Shown here piece by piece: positions 19,951-30,674 of a stretch of DNA of 64,000 bases (the first letter of the stretch is position 1; every line of letters starts with the position of its first letter). The stretch lies in contig CBFFRQ010000094.1 in NCBI GenBank assembly GCA_965644315.1, positions 1 through 64,000 on the forward strand, read 5' to 3'. Below the pieces are notes generated by a model. The model had not been told where the DNA came from. It ran no database searches and was given only the letters and a program-made list of their open reading frames with translations. This stretch comes from Caecitellus pseudoparvulus. Lineage: Eukaryota > Protista > Bigyra: Bicosoecida. Both the position numbers and the translations under genes were made by a program.

Positions 19951-22900
19951 TCATGAGCTCCCCCCGCCCCCACCCTCCGCAGCCGCCGCTGCCAACTGCT
20001 CTGGCGTCAGGATTGCCTCCAGCTCACCCTGCTCGAACAGGTCTCCCCCCGTGTGCCCGTGCATGGCGGCGACGTCCATGCGGGAGCGCCCCTCCACCTC
20101 CTTGCGGTACTTGTCCAGGGTGCCCCTGTACCGCGTCACGGCACCGGCACAGGGGTACCCCACCACCAGCAGGTCCGTTGCCACCTCCTTGATCAGGTGT
20201 TCGTCGTGGGACACCAGCACCACGCCGCCTGCGAAGTCCTTGATGCCCTCGATGAGCGCGTCCACAGCGTCGATGTCCAGGAAGTTGCTGGGCTCGTCCA
20301 GCAACACGATGTGAGGTCGTGCGAAGAGCATGGTGGCCAGGGACACCCGGCTCTTCTGCCCGCCGCTCAGCACCCGGATCTGCTGGGTGGCCAGGGAGCC
20401 AGACAGGCCGTACTTGCCCAACCAGCCCCGGATCTCGCTCTCCTTCATGTTGGAGGTCTCGCTGGGGTACTTGGTCATGAGCCAGGACAGCGGCGTCGCG
20501 TCGGGGTCCATGCCCTCCATGTGGTGCTGGTCGAACTTTGCGATGCGCACGTGCGAATTCCGCACCACGTCCCCCTGCCGCGGCACCAGCTCCCCCGAGA
20601 TGAGCTTCAGCAGGGTACTCTTCCCCACCCCATTGGGCCCCAGGATGGCGGTGCGGGACTGCAGATCCACACCGAAGGCAACGTCCCGGAAGAGAAGCCC
20701 CACCGTGCCCACCGCCTCGTCCTCCTCCACGCCCTGCCCCAGCTCCTTGTACCCGAAGCTGACGTCCAGGACCTGGATGATGGGGGCACCCAGCGGACCT
20801 GGGTCGGGGAAGTGCAGGCGCACAGACGTGCCGCCCAGCCCCAGGCCCGTGGTGGCTGCAGCTGCGTGTGCGGCACTGCCGGCGGCGCCTTCCCTCTGCA
20901 GGCGCTCGATGGCTTTGAGGCGTGACTGGGCCTGAGTGGCGCGTGCTGCGCTGGCCCTGAACTTGTCCACGAAGCTCTGCATGTGGTCGATCTTGGCTTG
21001 GTGTGCGGCGGCCGCCTTGGCTGCCTGCCGAGCGCGCTCCTGCCGCTGCACATCGAAGCTGTCGTAGTTGCCGTGGTAGTACTCCAGGCGGCAGCTGTTC
21101 AGGTGGATGATGTCGGTGACGAGGCCATTCAGGAAGGAGCGGTCGTGAGACACCACGATGATGGATCGCGTGGGGTTGTCGTCCCCCCCGTAGTTCGCCT
21201 CCAGGTACCCCTGCAGCCACTCCACCGCCGCGAAGTCCAGGTGCACTGTGGACTCATCGGCACACAGCAGGTCGGGCTGGGCGAACAGCCCACACGCCAG
21301 CGCCACGCGCATGCGCCAACCACCCGACAGCTGCCGGGTGGGCATGGTCATCATGCTCTGGCTGAACTGCAGCCCAGACAGGATCTCAGCGGCCCGCGCT
21401 TCGGCCGTGTCCGCGTCGATGTCCAGCAGCGCCTGCTGCACCTCCTCGTACTCCGCCTGCAGCTCACGCTCGTCCTGCGCGCGTCGCTTGGCCTTGGGCA
21501 GCTGCTTGCTGGCTTCCTGCGCCTTGATCTTGGCGTGGTGCAGGGCACCCTTGAACCGGGCGAAGCGGCCCCCCTTCACACCAGCCTCCACCGCTTCCTC
21601 ACCACCTTCACTGCCCTCTTCCTCCTCACCGCTGCCATCGGCAGGGGCAGCAGGGGCTGCCTGGGTGTCCTCAGCCTTGTCGGCTGCCTCACCCTCACCT
21701 GCTGCCGCCTCAGTCGGCGGCTTCTCACCTGCTGCAGTTTCAACAGTGCCATCACCACCAGCAGCAGCAGCAGGGGCAGGGGCAGGAGCCTGGGCACCAA
21801 CAACCGGAGCAGTGCCTGTCGCTGTCTCTGGCGCTGCCAGCCCCGCCGCCTCCTCTGAGCTCTGTTTCGCAGCTGCTGCCTTGGCCGCTGCGAGCTCTTC
21901 CAGCTCCCCCAAGATGGCGGCTTCCCGCTGCATGAGCTTGGTGCGGCGGACGTCGGAGGCAATGACGACGGCCAGAGCAGAGCGGTCCTCCCCCTCCACC
22001 TCCTGGTTCACGTGCACGATGCGTGTGTCGGGTGGCACGGACACGTGGGGCAGGGCGTGGGCGGCGATGTGCCGCAGGAGGGTGGTCTTGCCGCTGCCGT
22101 TGGAGCCCACCAAGCCATACCTGCGCCCTGGCACGATGTGCACGCGGGCGTCCACCAGGAGGTCCTTGCTGCCCATGCGCAGGCTGGTGGTGCCGACGAT
22201 GCCCAGGCCACGCCAGCCTGGGCCAGAAGTCCACGCCTCGCGCTCCAACTGCTCCTGCTGTGCACGCTCCAGGGCCTGGATGAGGGACTCCCCAGCCTCT
22301 TCTTCAGCTGCATCTTTGCGCCGCTTCGCCGCTTGGCGCCGCGCTGCCCGGTCTGCTGTCTGCGACGGCGCAGCAGGAACAGGGGTGAGGTGCGAGTAGG
22401 AAACGCCGCCGAAACGCGGGCAGCCGCACCTTTTTCACACGAGCAATGTCCTTCTCCGTCCACTCGATGGCCTTGTTCTGCGTCTTGTACTCTGTGGTGC
22501 CTGATGACATCAGGACACTCTGCAGGTCTGCCCGTGCGTGCTTCTGGTCGCCCAGGCTCAGCGGCGCTGCAAGGAGCTTGGCACCGCCTTCGCCCTTCTC
22601 TGCAGGCTCCGTGCCCGCGGGGTCCTCTGCCGACTCCGTGGCAGGGGAAGGGCGAGCGCCAATCCCTCGCTTAGCGAGCTGCCCCGCCAGTCCACTCAGG
22701 TCAGTGCCAGCTCCTCGAGGCGCCGGCACGCGTGGTGCCTTGGCTCCAGCCCGCCCACCAGCTGCCCCTCTGGGAGCAGGCGCCCGGGCTGTGCGGCGTG
22801 TGGCACGGGTGGGGGCGGGCGCAGGCACTGGTGCAGGGGCGCTTTCACCGCCTGCCCCCCACAGACGCTCGGCAATGGGCAGAGCCGCCTCCAAGTCATC

Positions 22901-23056
22901 CGCCAGCCCGGCTGCTTCCAGCATGCCACAGATGCCCTCAGCGAACTCCCGTGCAGAGTCGTAGCCACCATCGGCCAGGGCGCCCGCCACCCACTCCACG
23001 ACGTCTTCGTCCACGCCTGGGCCCAGGATCTTCGCAACGGCCGCTGCAGACGCCAT
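19951..23056 (-). CDS. ABCF3: ABC-F family ATPase (ABCF3/GCN20-like), intron 22360-22429
   Basis: Two NBDs and no TM segments: GSNGSGKTT / LSGGWRMR / VSHDR and GPNGVGKST / LSGGQKSR / LLDEPSN / VSHDE. Linker FVDKFRASAARATQAQSRLK and N-terminal VDEDVVEWV. Confidence 0.92.
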
Positions 23057-23235
23057 GGCAGGGGGGGTGTGAGGGGGGTGCGCCAATCACTGCACACGAC
23101 TGGCACGGCAGTCGGCAGTGAGTGCGGGAAGGGGGTGGGGGAAGTGGGATTTGTGCAGTGTGCATTGTGAGTGCGGGTGGGTGGCGAGGGGGTGTGCATG
23201 CCCCCCCCGCTCGACCCCCCCTTCACCCCCCCCCC

Positions 23236-25183
23236 TCACGGGAACAACCTCTTGGGGTCACGGGGGAACAGACACACCTTGCGGACGTTGGGCAGGCCCA
23301 GGAACAGCATGACGACGCGCTCCAGCCCCACACCGCCGCCGCCGTGTGGCAGGGCGCCGTGCTTGAAGCTGTCCACATACCCCTGGATGGTGGGGATGGG
23401 GATGTCGTGCTCCTTGGCTCGTGCCTCCAGCATGGCCACGTCGTGGATACGCTGGGCGCCGGACAGGATCTCCTCGCCCCGCATGAAGAAGTCGTAGGAG
23501 TTGGACAGGCGCGGGTTCTCGGGGTCGGGCATGGTGTAGAAGGGCCGGATGCTGAGGGGGTACTTGTCCATCATGAAGAAGTCAGTGCCGTACTTTTCCT
23601 TCACGATCTGCCCCAGGCGGCGCTCCTGGGCCGTGCTCAGGTCGTCCTCGTCCCCGATCTCCACGCCGTCGGCGCGCAGCAGCGCGATGCCCTCAGCGAA
23701 GGTCAGGCGCAGGGCCGGGTCGCAGAAGACGAAGTCCTCAAAGGGGTACTGCGCCCGCACCGCCTCCAGCTCCGTCGCGTAGCGCTCCTGCAGGCCCTTG
23801 AACAGGAAGGCGAACAGGTCGGAGAAGACGTCCAGCACCTCGTAGTAGTGCTCGTTGATGGTCATTTCCATGTCCAGGCCGTGGAACTCGCACAGGTGGC
23901 GGTGGGTGTTGCTGTTCTCAGCGCGGAACACGGGGCCGATCTCGAACACGCGCTCCAGGTCGGAGCAGGCAGCGGCCATCTGCTTGTACAGCTGGGGGCT
24001 CTGCGCCAGGCAGGCGTCCTGGCCGAAGTACTTCAGGGTGAACACCTCCGACCCGCCTTCAGACGCACCGCCGATGAGCTTGGGGCTCTGGATCTCCGTG
24101 AAGCCCCGCGCCAGGAGGAACTCCCGGTACAGCGCGCAGACGCCGGAGGAAATGCGCAGGATGGCGGCGTGTGCAGGCGCCCGCAGGTCGATCCAGCGGT
24201 GGTCCAGGCGTGTCTTCTGCGACACGCGCACCATCTTGCGCTCGCCCTCGCCCTCGCCCTCAGCAGCGGCAGCGGCAGCGGCAGCCTCCTCCTCCTCCTC
24301 GTCGTCGCTCTCGCCCTCGACGTGGGGACGGGCGGCGTCCTCCACGCTGAAGGGCAGGGTGGGCAGTGCCCGGGAGATGGTGTGCAGGGTGGCCACCTGC
24401 AGCTCCAGGCTCTTGATGCTGCAGGCAGCGATGGGCTCAGGCACCGCGGACACGGTGGCGGAGACGTCCACGACGGACTCCCGGGAAATGCCCGAGACGT
24501 ACTTGATCATCTCCTTGGGCGTGTCCTTGCCCTGGAAGAGCACAGCCTGCACCGTGTGCACGCCCTGCCGCAGCACCAGGAAGACTGCCTTGCCCTTGGC
24601 ACGCAGTGTGTGCACTCGGGCACGGACCAGGATGGTCTGCCCCACGTGGGCGTCGGTCACTTCGCCCAGCCTGTGGCGCATGGAGAGGGCGGGTGGTGGG
24701 CTTGGCGCAGCACGCGTGGCGTAACGGCGGGGTGTGCAGGTGAGCAGAATCCTGCCGCCGGCAGCAGCTGTGCGTCAGCATCACGCACCGAGTCCATGTG
24801 CGGCCGGAAATCTCACGAGACTGGATGACAGGTGTGTCACCGCACTTCTCTCCCAGCATGGCAGCCTGGGCCTTGGCGCGGGCCTCCGCCTGCACATGAC
24901 CCAGAAGGCGCGGTTCGTGGCAGGCGTGTCACGGGGTTCATTTTCCGCAGGCTCCTCTGTCAGAACGCACCTCCTGCTGCTTCTTCAAGATGCGCAGCTC
25001 CTTGGCCGTCAGCTCGCCGTCGCCCTTCTTGGCCTTCTTGCCCTTCTTGGACTTCTTCTCCTTCTTAGCGCCATCCACGGGCGCGGCGGCGGCGTCAGCA
25101 GCCACCGCCGGCACTTCTGGTGCCACGGCAGGCGCAGCCTCAGCGGGCGCTGCCGCTGTTGTTGCTGGCGTGGAGTCAGCCAT
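23236..25183 (-). CDS. DARS1: Cytoplasmic aspartyl-tRNA synthetase, 3 exons
   Basis: RLDHRWIDLR, SEGGSEVF, LAQSPQLYKQM, VFEIGPVFRAENSNTHRHLCEF, SNSYDFFMRGEEILSGAQRIHD, PHGGGGVGLERV and FPRDPKRL, with a Lys-rich N-terminal extension. Confidence 0.97.
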
Positions 25184-25340
25184 GTTGCTGCTGTTCGCAG
25201 GCGTGGCTTGTACGGACACTGCACGGGGCGTGCAGGCGTGGAGCAGGCGAAGCACGGGGCATGCATTGGGTGGGTGTGGAAAGTGCCGAGGGGTGACCAA
25301 CTGATCCCCCTTTGCCACTGCGCCGCCACCAGCCACCCCT

Positions 25341-26609
25341 CTACGCCGGGTCGTCCCCCACCACGGCAGCCCACTCCCTGCGGCGGGCAGCCCGCTCCGC
25401 TGCATGCTGCTGCTTCCGCTCGTCATCCCCCCGGAACATCTCCAACGCCATGCGCTGGTCGTGGGTCATGGCCAAGCCATACGCCCGGCGCCAGTGCGCG
25501 ACGCTGGCGATGTGTTCCCGGTCACACTGGTCCTTGTACGCGCGCCACATGGTGTCTACACCCTCCCGTGCCCGCTGCAACACCCTGGCCTTGGCTCGCC
25601 GCCCAGCTGCCACGTGTGTGTTTACGCCCAGCACCTCGCCCAGCAGACGCAGGCTGTCTGGCGGGCCCAGGGCAGTGACGGAGGCTGGGTCGCGCCGCAG
25701 GGTGGCCTGGAAGTGAGCCTGGGTCATGGGGGGTGGAGCGCCCCCTGACCCGCCTCGCAGTGCCGCCAGCATGCGGCTGCCGAAACGGCCAGCCTTGGCT
25801 TCCCCGCCCTCTGCCAAGCGCTTGCGCCAGTCAGAGAGATTGGCAGTGGTGGCATCATGCGAGTGTTTGCTGTCTGAGGGAGTGCTAGAAGTGCTGGGTG
25901 CGCCGTTTTTCAGCGTGCTGTGGCCTGCAGTGCTGCCGAGGCTGGCGGCTGCTTCCACAGCTTCCGCCTCGGCTTGCTGCCGGCGCTGGTCGTGTACCTG
26001 GCGCTGCACGGCCGAGGCAAATGCCTCGCCCTTGCGCATGGCTACCACTGCTTCACCGCCACCCGCTGCCACGCCGTGCCCTGGCGAGTCCCGCCCGGCA
26101 GCGCGAAACGCAGCGTTGTGCTGTGGCTTGATGCGCTGCTGCAACACGCTGTCTGTGCGCTTCAGCACGGCGCGGTCCAGGTCCAGGAGCACCTTGCGAG
26201 GCACTGCGCTGAACTTGCGCTGCAGTTCCTTTGGCGTGGGTCTGTACGGCCCAGGCGGCGCCGCGCCGCTTGCTTGCGCACCTTCGCTGACTGACGCCAC
26301 GGACAGGCGCCGTGGCACACCCGCTCGTGGCAGAAGGGAGCCCCGCCGAAACGTTGGAGAGCCTGAGGCATAGGATGCACGCCGGGGGGAGAACGACAGG
26401 GACGTGGTGTCGGATACCCACGACGCTTCGCTGATGCTGTCCAGGCAGTGCGACGGCGAGGCGGCAACTTGCTGGCCAGCTGCCGCGAGCACGCGGGTGG
26501 GAGGAGCGTGCACCACCACAGGGGCTGGTGCATCATCTGGCAGTTGGGGGAGGGACGCTGCGAATCTCCCCTTCCCGTGGACGCTCCCATGCTCTGCGTT
26601 GCCGTGCAT
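25341..26609 (-). CDS. Hypothetical protein (disordered Ser-rich N-terminus, helical C-terminus)
   Basis: Long ORF with natural-looking composition filling the gap between neighbouring genes. No family recognised. Confidence 0.6.
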   Translation of the reverse strand: MHGNAEHGSVHGKGRFAASLPQLPDDAPAPVVVHAPPTRVLAAAGQQVAASPSHCLDSISEASWVSDTTSLSFSPRRASYASGSPTFRRGSLLPRAGVPRRLSVASVSEGAQASGAAPPGPYRPTPKELQRKFSAVPRKVLLDLDRAVLKRTDSVLQQRIKPQHNAAFRAAGRDSPGHGVAAGGGEAVVAMRKGEAFASAVQRQVHDQRRQQAEAEAVEAAASLGSTAGHSTLKNGAPSTSSTPSDSKHSHDATTANLSDWRKRLAEGGEAKAGRFGSRMLAALRGGSGGAPPPMTQAHFQATLRRDPASVTALGPPDSLRLLGEVLGVNTHVAAGRRAKARVLQRAREGVDTMWRAYKDQCDREHIASVAHWRRAYGLAMTHDQRMALEMFRGDDERKQQHAAERAARRREWAAVVGDDPA

Positions 26610-26746
26610 GGAATGATGCGGAAATTGCGCTGCGCCCCACGTGCATTGACTCCGCAACACCACCCAGGCAAGCTGCACTTGCGTGCGCGGGTAGGGCCCA
26701 ACCCCAAGGAATACAGCGCACACAACACGGCATACAGGCGCCACAT

Positions 26747-28042
26747 TCATGCACGGGCGGCTTTTGCCGCCGGCTCGTCACTGGCGGTGACAGCGCGGCG
26801 CAAGTCCGCTTGCTGCGTCCACTCGGCATGCGCATCCAGCGTCGCAGCGTCCACCTCCTCCTGCAGGCGGTCCACCGCCTCCCCCAGCGCAGCCCGCGCA
26901 CCCGGAAAGCGCTGGTGGTCTGCGAGCCACTCAGCCACGTGCTCCAGACGCACTCGGTTGGGGTTGGCGCCAGCTTTGCTGCGGCCTCGCTTGACGCCGC
27001 CCAGGGCCCTGCCTGGTGCGAGGAAGGACGCCTCTGCATGCTGTGCCAGGTGCTCCTGCTCTGTCGTGGAGCTGGGCAGGACGCCAGGCCCGCTCGCAGA
27101 CCCGACGCCCAGCAGTGGCTCCGCTGCACTGGACACCAGCGGTGCCGGCGTTGTCGTGGGCAGGAGGCGGTCCACCTCGCCCTTGGCCGTCTGCAGCACG
27201 GCAGTCATGTCTGCCACCACGTTGTACTGCTTGTTGCTCTTGTACGCCGCGTGCAGTGCTTCGCGGTCGGTTTCCAGCCGCCGCCACGCCGGCACGACCT
27301 TAGCTCGGTGGTACTCCACCACCTCCACCATGCGCCGCAGTGTCACGCGGCGGAACATGTCCAGCGCACTGCCAGCAGGCGCCGAGCCGGGCATATTGTG
27401 GGCCAGCTGTGCTGCGGGGCACACCTCGGGTGAGGGGGGGGGCGGCGTCTCCGCCAACGCCACAGACAGCAGCTTGGTGTAGTTGGCGTTGACGGAGGCC
27501 AGCTGGTCCTTAGTCAGGTTCGCCCGCAGCTGCAGCGTCTGGGGGTGCACGAGGGCTCGCAGGGAGGGGTCTCGCTCCAGCGCCACCTTGCGTGAGTGCA
27601 TGATGACGTTGTGCGTGGCCAGCTTCGTGAAACGCTCCTCCATCTCCTGCGCAAACGCCACGTACCACTCCTGCACCGCCGCCCAGCAGGCGTCGTGCGT
27701 GCCCTGCAGCACGCCTGGCTGCAACGCGCCGGTGCTGAGGTTGGCGGGGGCCGCACTGCCCCCCTCGCTGCCGCCTCGCCCACTGCTTTGAGCCTGCGCC
27801 ACACCCACGGCGCCTTCCAGCACCAGGCGCAGCACGCGGTCTGTCAGGCCCCGCACATAGCCATACAGAGGTGTCGCCTCCAGCTCGGCAACACGTTGGG
27901 CTGCAGCAGCTGCCTGCTTGCTGGCTGCAGCCTTGGCCTCCGCCGACAGGCCTTGCGCGATGTGCAGCAGGGCAGCTACTTCCGTTTCGGCCATGCGCCG
28001 CAGCGAGCTACGGCTCTCCCGGCCACTGCTGCTGGAAGCCAT
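26747..28042 (-). CDS. Hypothetical alpha-helical / coiled-coil protein (~430 aa)
   Basis: ATG 28042 (MASSSSGRES) lies divergent from the next gene, and the product has amphipathic helical segments. The track's extension to 28810 is antisense to the RRM gene. Confidence 0.65.
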   Translation of the reverse strand: MASSSSGRESRSSLRRMAETEVAALLHIAQGLSAEAKAAASKQAAAAAQRVAELEATPLYGYVRGLTDRVLRLVLEGAVGVAQAQSSGRGGSEGGSAAPANLSTGALQPGVLQGTHDACWAAVQEWYVAFAQEMEERFTKLATHNVIMHSRKVALERDPSLRALVHPQTLQLRANLTKDQLASVNANYTKLLSVALAETPPPPSPEVCPAAQLAHNMPGSAPAGSALDMFRRVTLRRMVEVVEYHRAKVVPAWRRLETDREALHAAYKSNKQYNVVADMTAVLQTAKGEVDRLLPTTTPAPLVSSAAEPLLGVGSASGPGVLPSSTTEQEHLAQHAEASFLAPGRALGGVKRGRSKAGANPNRVRLEHVAEWLADHQRFPGARAALGEAVDRLQEEVDAATLDAHAEWTQQADLRRAVTASDEPAAKAARA

Positions 28043-28246
28043 GTCAGAGGGGGCGGGAGGAACACAGTGCAGCTCGCAGCGGGGTGCGCAGGGCGTCCCT
28101 CGCCGGCACACGAGTTCCTTGATCGGGTGGGAAAGTGGAGTGAGCGGGCTTTTGCGTGCGCCGTTCAAATTCCGCGCGGTGCCCCATGGTCCCGGCCAAA
28201 CATCACGGCAGTGCCCCGCGCTGAGCACCCATGCACCCTTTTCACC

Positions 28247-29336
28247 ATGTCTGCTCCTGACGCGCCAGCAGCTGCTGCAGGCTCCGGCGGCGCCACGGGG
28301 CAGCAGGCATCTCACTCTCCAACTGCAGGCGATGACGGGGAGGCCGTCCCTCCAGGGCACATCGAGCCCGGGCGCACGTTGTGGGTGGGGAACCTCCCCA
28401 CTTCGGCGTCCTCCAGCACTGTGGCTGCCATTTTCACCAAGGGCAAGGCTTTCGGCACCGTCGTGCGCGTGGCAGTGCGTACCGAAACGCGTGCGAAACG
28501 CAGACCACACCGGCGGCACCTGCAGGCCTGTTTGCCCGATTATCCAGGTGTTTCGTTCAGCTGGAGGTGTGGATCTGCCCTCTGCACACGCGCTGGTCAC
28601 CTTCTTCTCCCCTGATCTCGCCCAGCAAGCCAAGGCAGACCTAGATGGCTGCCGTGTGTCTTTGCCTGGCGCATCCTCCAGCAACCAGCTGAAGGTGCTG
28701 TGGGCCATGCGGTGGCCCATCCTCGTCCTGCGGGACCTGCCCCCGACCTTGACCGACACACAGCTGCTGGACACCATGCAGAAGTTCGGCGGTGTCTCCC
28801 GGGTCATCATGCAGGGAACAGGCCCGCAGCGACGCAGCAGTGGGCGGGCTTACATCGTGTACTCCAGCCGCCTGCAGGCAGCAGTGGTGCTGGACCTGCT
28901 CACGGAGAACATGCTGCTGCTCCCAGGCGAGACACGCCCCCTGACACCCCGCATGCTGACGTGGCCGGAGCCTGACGTACTGCTGGTGGCACCGCGTCTG
29001 AACGGACCAGGCGCCGCCACCCCACATATGGCCCAGCCCGCTACCCTTGAATGGGAGTGTGCTGTGGAGTGGCGCACACTAGCCTTCCAGCAACAAGCAC
29101 TGCTGCAGGCGCTGGAACGCAAGCACCGACTTGAGGTCGTGCAACTGCGTGCCGCCCAACAAGCCTCTGCCCTCGCAGCCCTGAGCAGGCCCGGCTCGCT
29201 GCAGCAACTCAAGGCGCTGGCATTGGCGGCGCCACTGCCAGATGCAGCGCCTGGCTTTGCGCAGTCGTACCCTGCTCGCCTGGGGGGCGAGGCTGCAGCG
29301 GATGGGGAGTCTGGGCAAGGCGCTGCTGCCTCGTGA
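28247..29336 (+). CDS. DBHS (NONO/SFPQ/PSPC1)-like RNA-binding protein: RRM-RRM-NOPS-coiled coil, intron 28475-28547
   Basis: RRM1 TLWVGNLP..HALVTF; RRM2 LVLRDLPP..SSGRAYIVY..MLLL..TRPL; NOPS-like PHMAQPATLEWECAVEWRTL (compare NONO [20 protein letters not shown]); then a Gln/Leu-rich helix. Confidence 0.8.
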
Positions 29337-29366
29337 TGGCGTGTCCCCCTGCGCTGGAGAATGCAT

Positions 29367-30520
29367 TCACTCGTCTGCCGCCTCGCCCCCCCCCTCGTCA
29401 TCGTCGAACCCCCCCTCGTCATCCCCTCCTCCTCCTCCTCACCGCCCCCCGCATCCCACCAGTACGCCATGCCCAGCCCACTCTCAGCTGTGGTGCCAGT
29501 CACCTGCATCACCGGCTCATGCGCCACCAGGCCCAGCGTGCCCTCCCCCTCCTCCACCTCCTGCCCCGCCACCGCCCCACTGCCGCCCGCCGTGTCAGTG
29601 GACAGGCACGCGAAGAGGCGTTGGATGGACTTGGCGTGCTTGGCTGCGGCGTGGGTGTGGGATAGCGCCGGCACGGTGACCAGAGTGGCGGAGCCATCCT
29701 CACTGGGCTCCACCGTCGCCTCAGACGGCGTGGCGGAGGCGTCCTCTGGGAGACCCGGCACGGGCACGGCGTTGCCCCACCGGTCCACGGCGGGCGGCTT
29801 CTTGTCTGTGGTGTGGGTGTTGAACAGCACGCCCGTCACACGCAGCTTCAACGGCGCCTCCTTGTCGTACAGAAAGGACTGCACCTCGCTGCCGTCCCCG
29901 GGGTCATACCTCCACTCCCACTCGCCCTCGCCGTCCTCTGTCTCGTTGCTGCAGGGGGAGGGGGGACGGTGCGCGTGAGTTTCACGCGCGTTTCGCCGAG
30001 AACCGGCGCACGCGACGGACGCACAACTGGGAGCCCTCCATCATCATGCTGGCGGGGATGAAGATGTCCTCGAAGAAAATCAGGGACACTTGCAAGCCCT
30101 GGTGGTTCCACGCCTTGATGGTGCCTGTCAGCACCTCGTCCTCCATGGGCCGAAAGATGACGAGCTGGAAAGTCACTGCGACGGGCCGGTGGGCGGCGGG
30201 CGCTGTGTGCACCTGTGCACGGCGCGGGGCCCCCGGCTCCCCACACGCACCCTCTGTGTATGCACAACCATCTCCCGGGATGATGATGGCGTCCCCCACC
30301 TCCGTCAGCTCGTACACGCAGATGCAGAGGCCGACCCCCGGCAAGATCTGCAGGGGCAGGGGCAGCTCGGTGCCGGCACTGCGCGGCGCATTGCAGGGCA
30401 CGCACTCACCCTGTTGCCATACCTGCTGTCCAGCTGCTCACACACCACCTCTGACGTGGGTCGGTTCTGGGAGCTGGGGTGCAGCTTCACCAGGTCCCGC
30501 AGGGTGCGCAGGAGAAACAT
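29367..30520 (-). CDS. POLR3H: RNA polymerase III subunit RPC8/RPC25, 4 exons; probable 1-bp assembly error in the acidic tail
   Basis: MFLL..LRDLVKLHP; GVGLCICVYE..IPGDG; VTFQLVIFRP..EVLTGTI; VSLIFFEDIFIP; EWEW; GLGMAYWW. Confidence 0.9.
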
Positions 30521-30674
30521 GGCGGCGGCGTGGTGGGCTGCCCCAATTTCCGCAGCACACCCGCTGCCCCACACTCACTCTGGCACGGGCCGGCAAAACC
30601 CCCAGATCTCGGCGACGTGCCACCCTGCTCCTCGCGCTGGAGCTGTGTGATTTGACTCCCGCGCACGTTGTACC

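Noticed and set aside
23122-24828. Long antisense ORFs opposite AspRS, and similarly opposite ABCF, HECT and the cadherin gene
   Set aside because: Expected from high-GC codon bias; they contain no motifs.
28043-28810. N-terminal 256 aa of the 687-aa minus-strand ORF
   Set aside because: It is antisense to the DBHS-like gene, and a good ATG exists at 28042.
28850-29366. Long C-terminal extension of POLR3H overlapping the RRM gene
   Set aside because: Better explained by a single-base homopolymer error.
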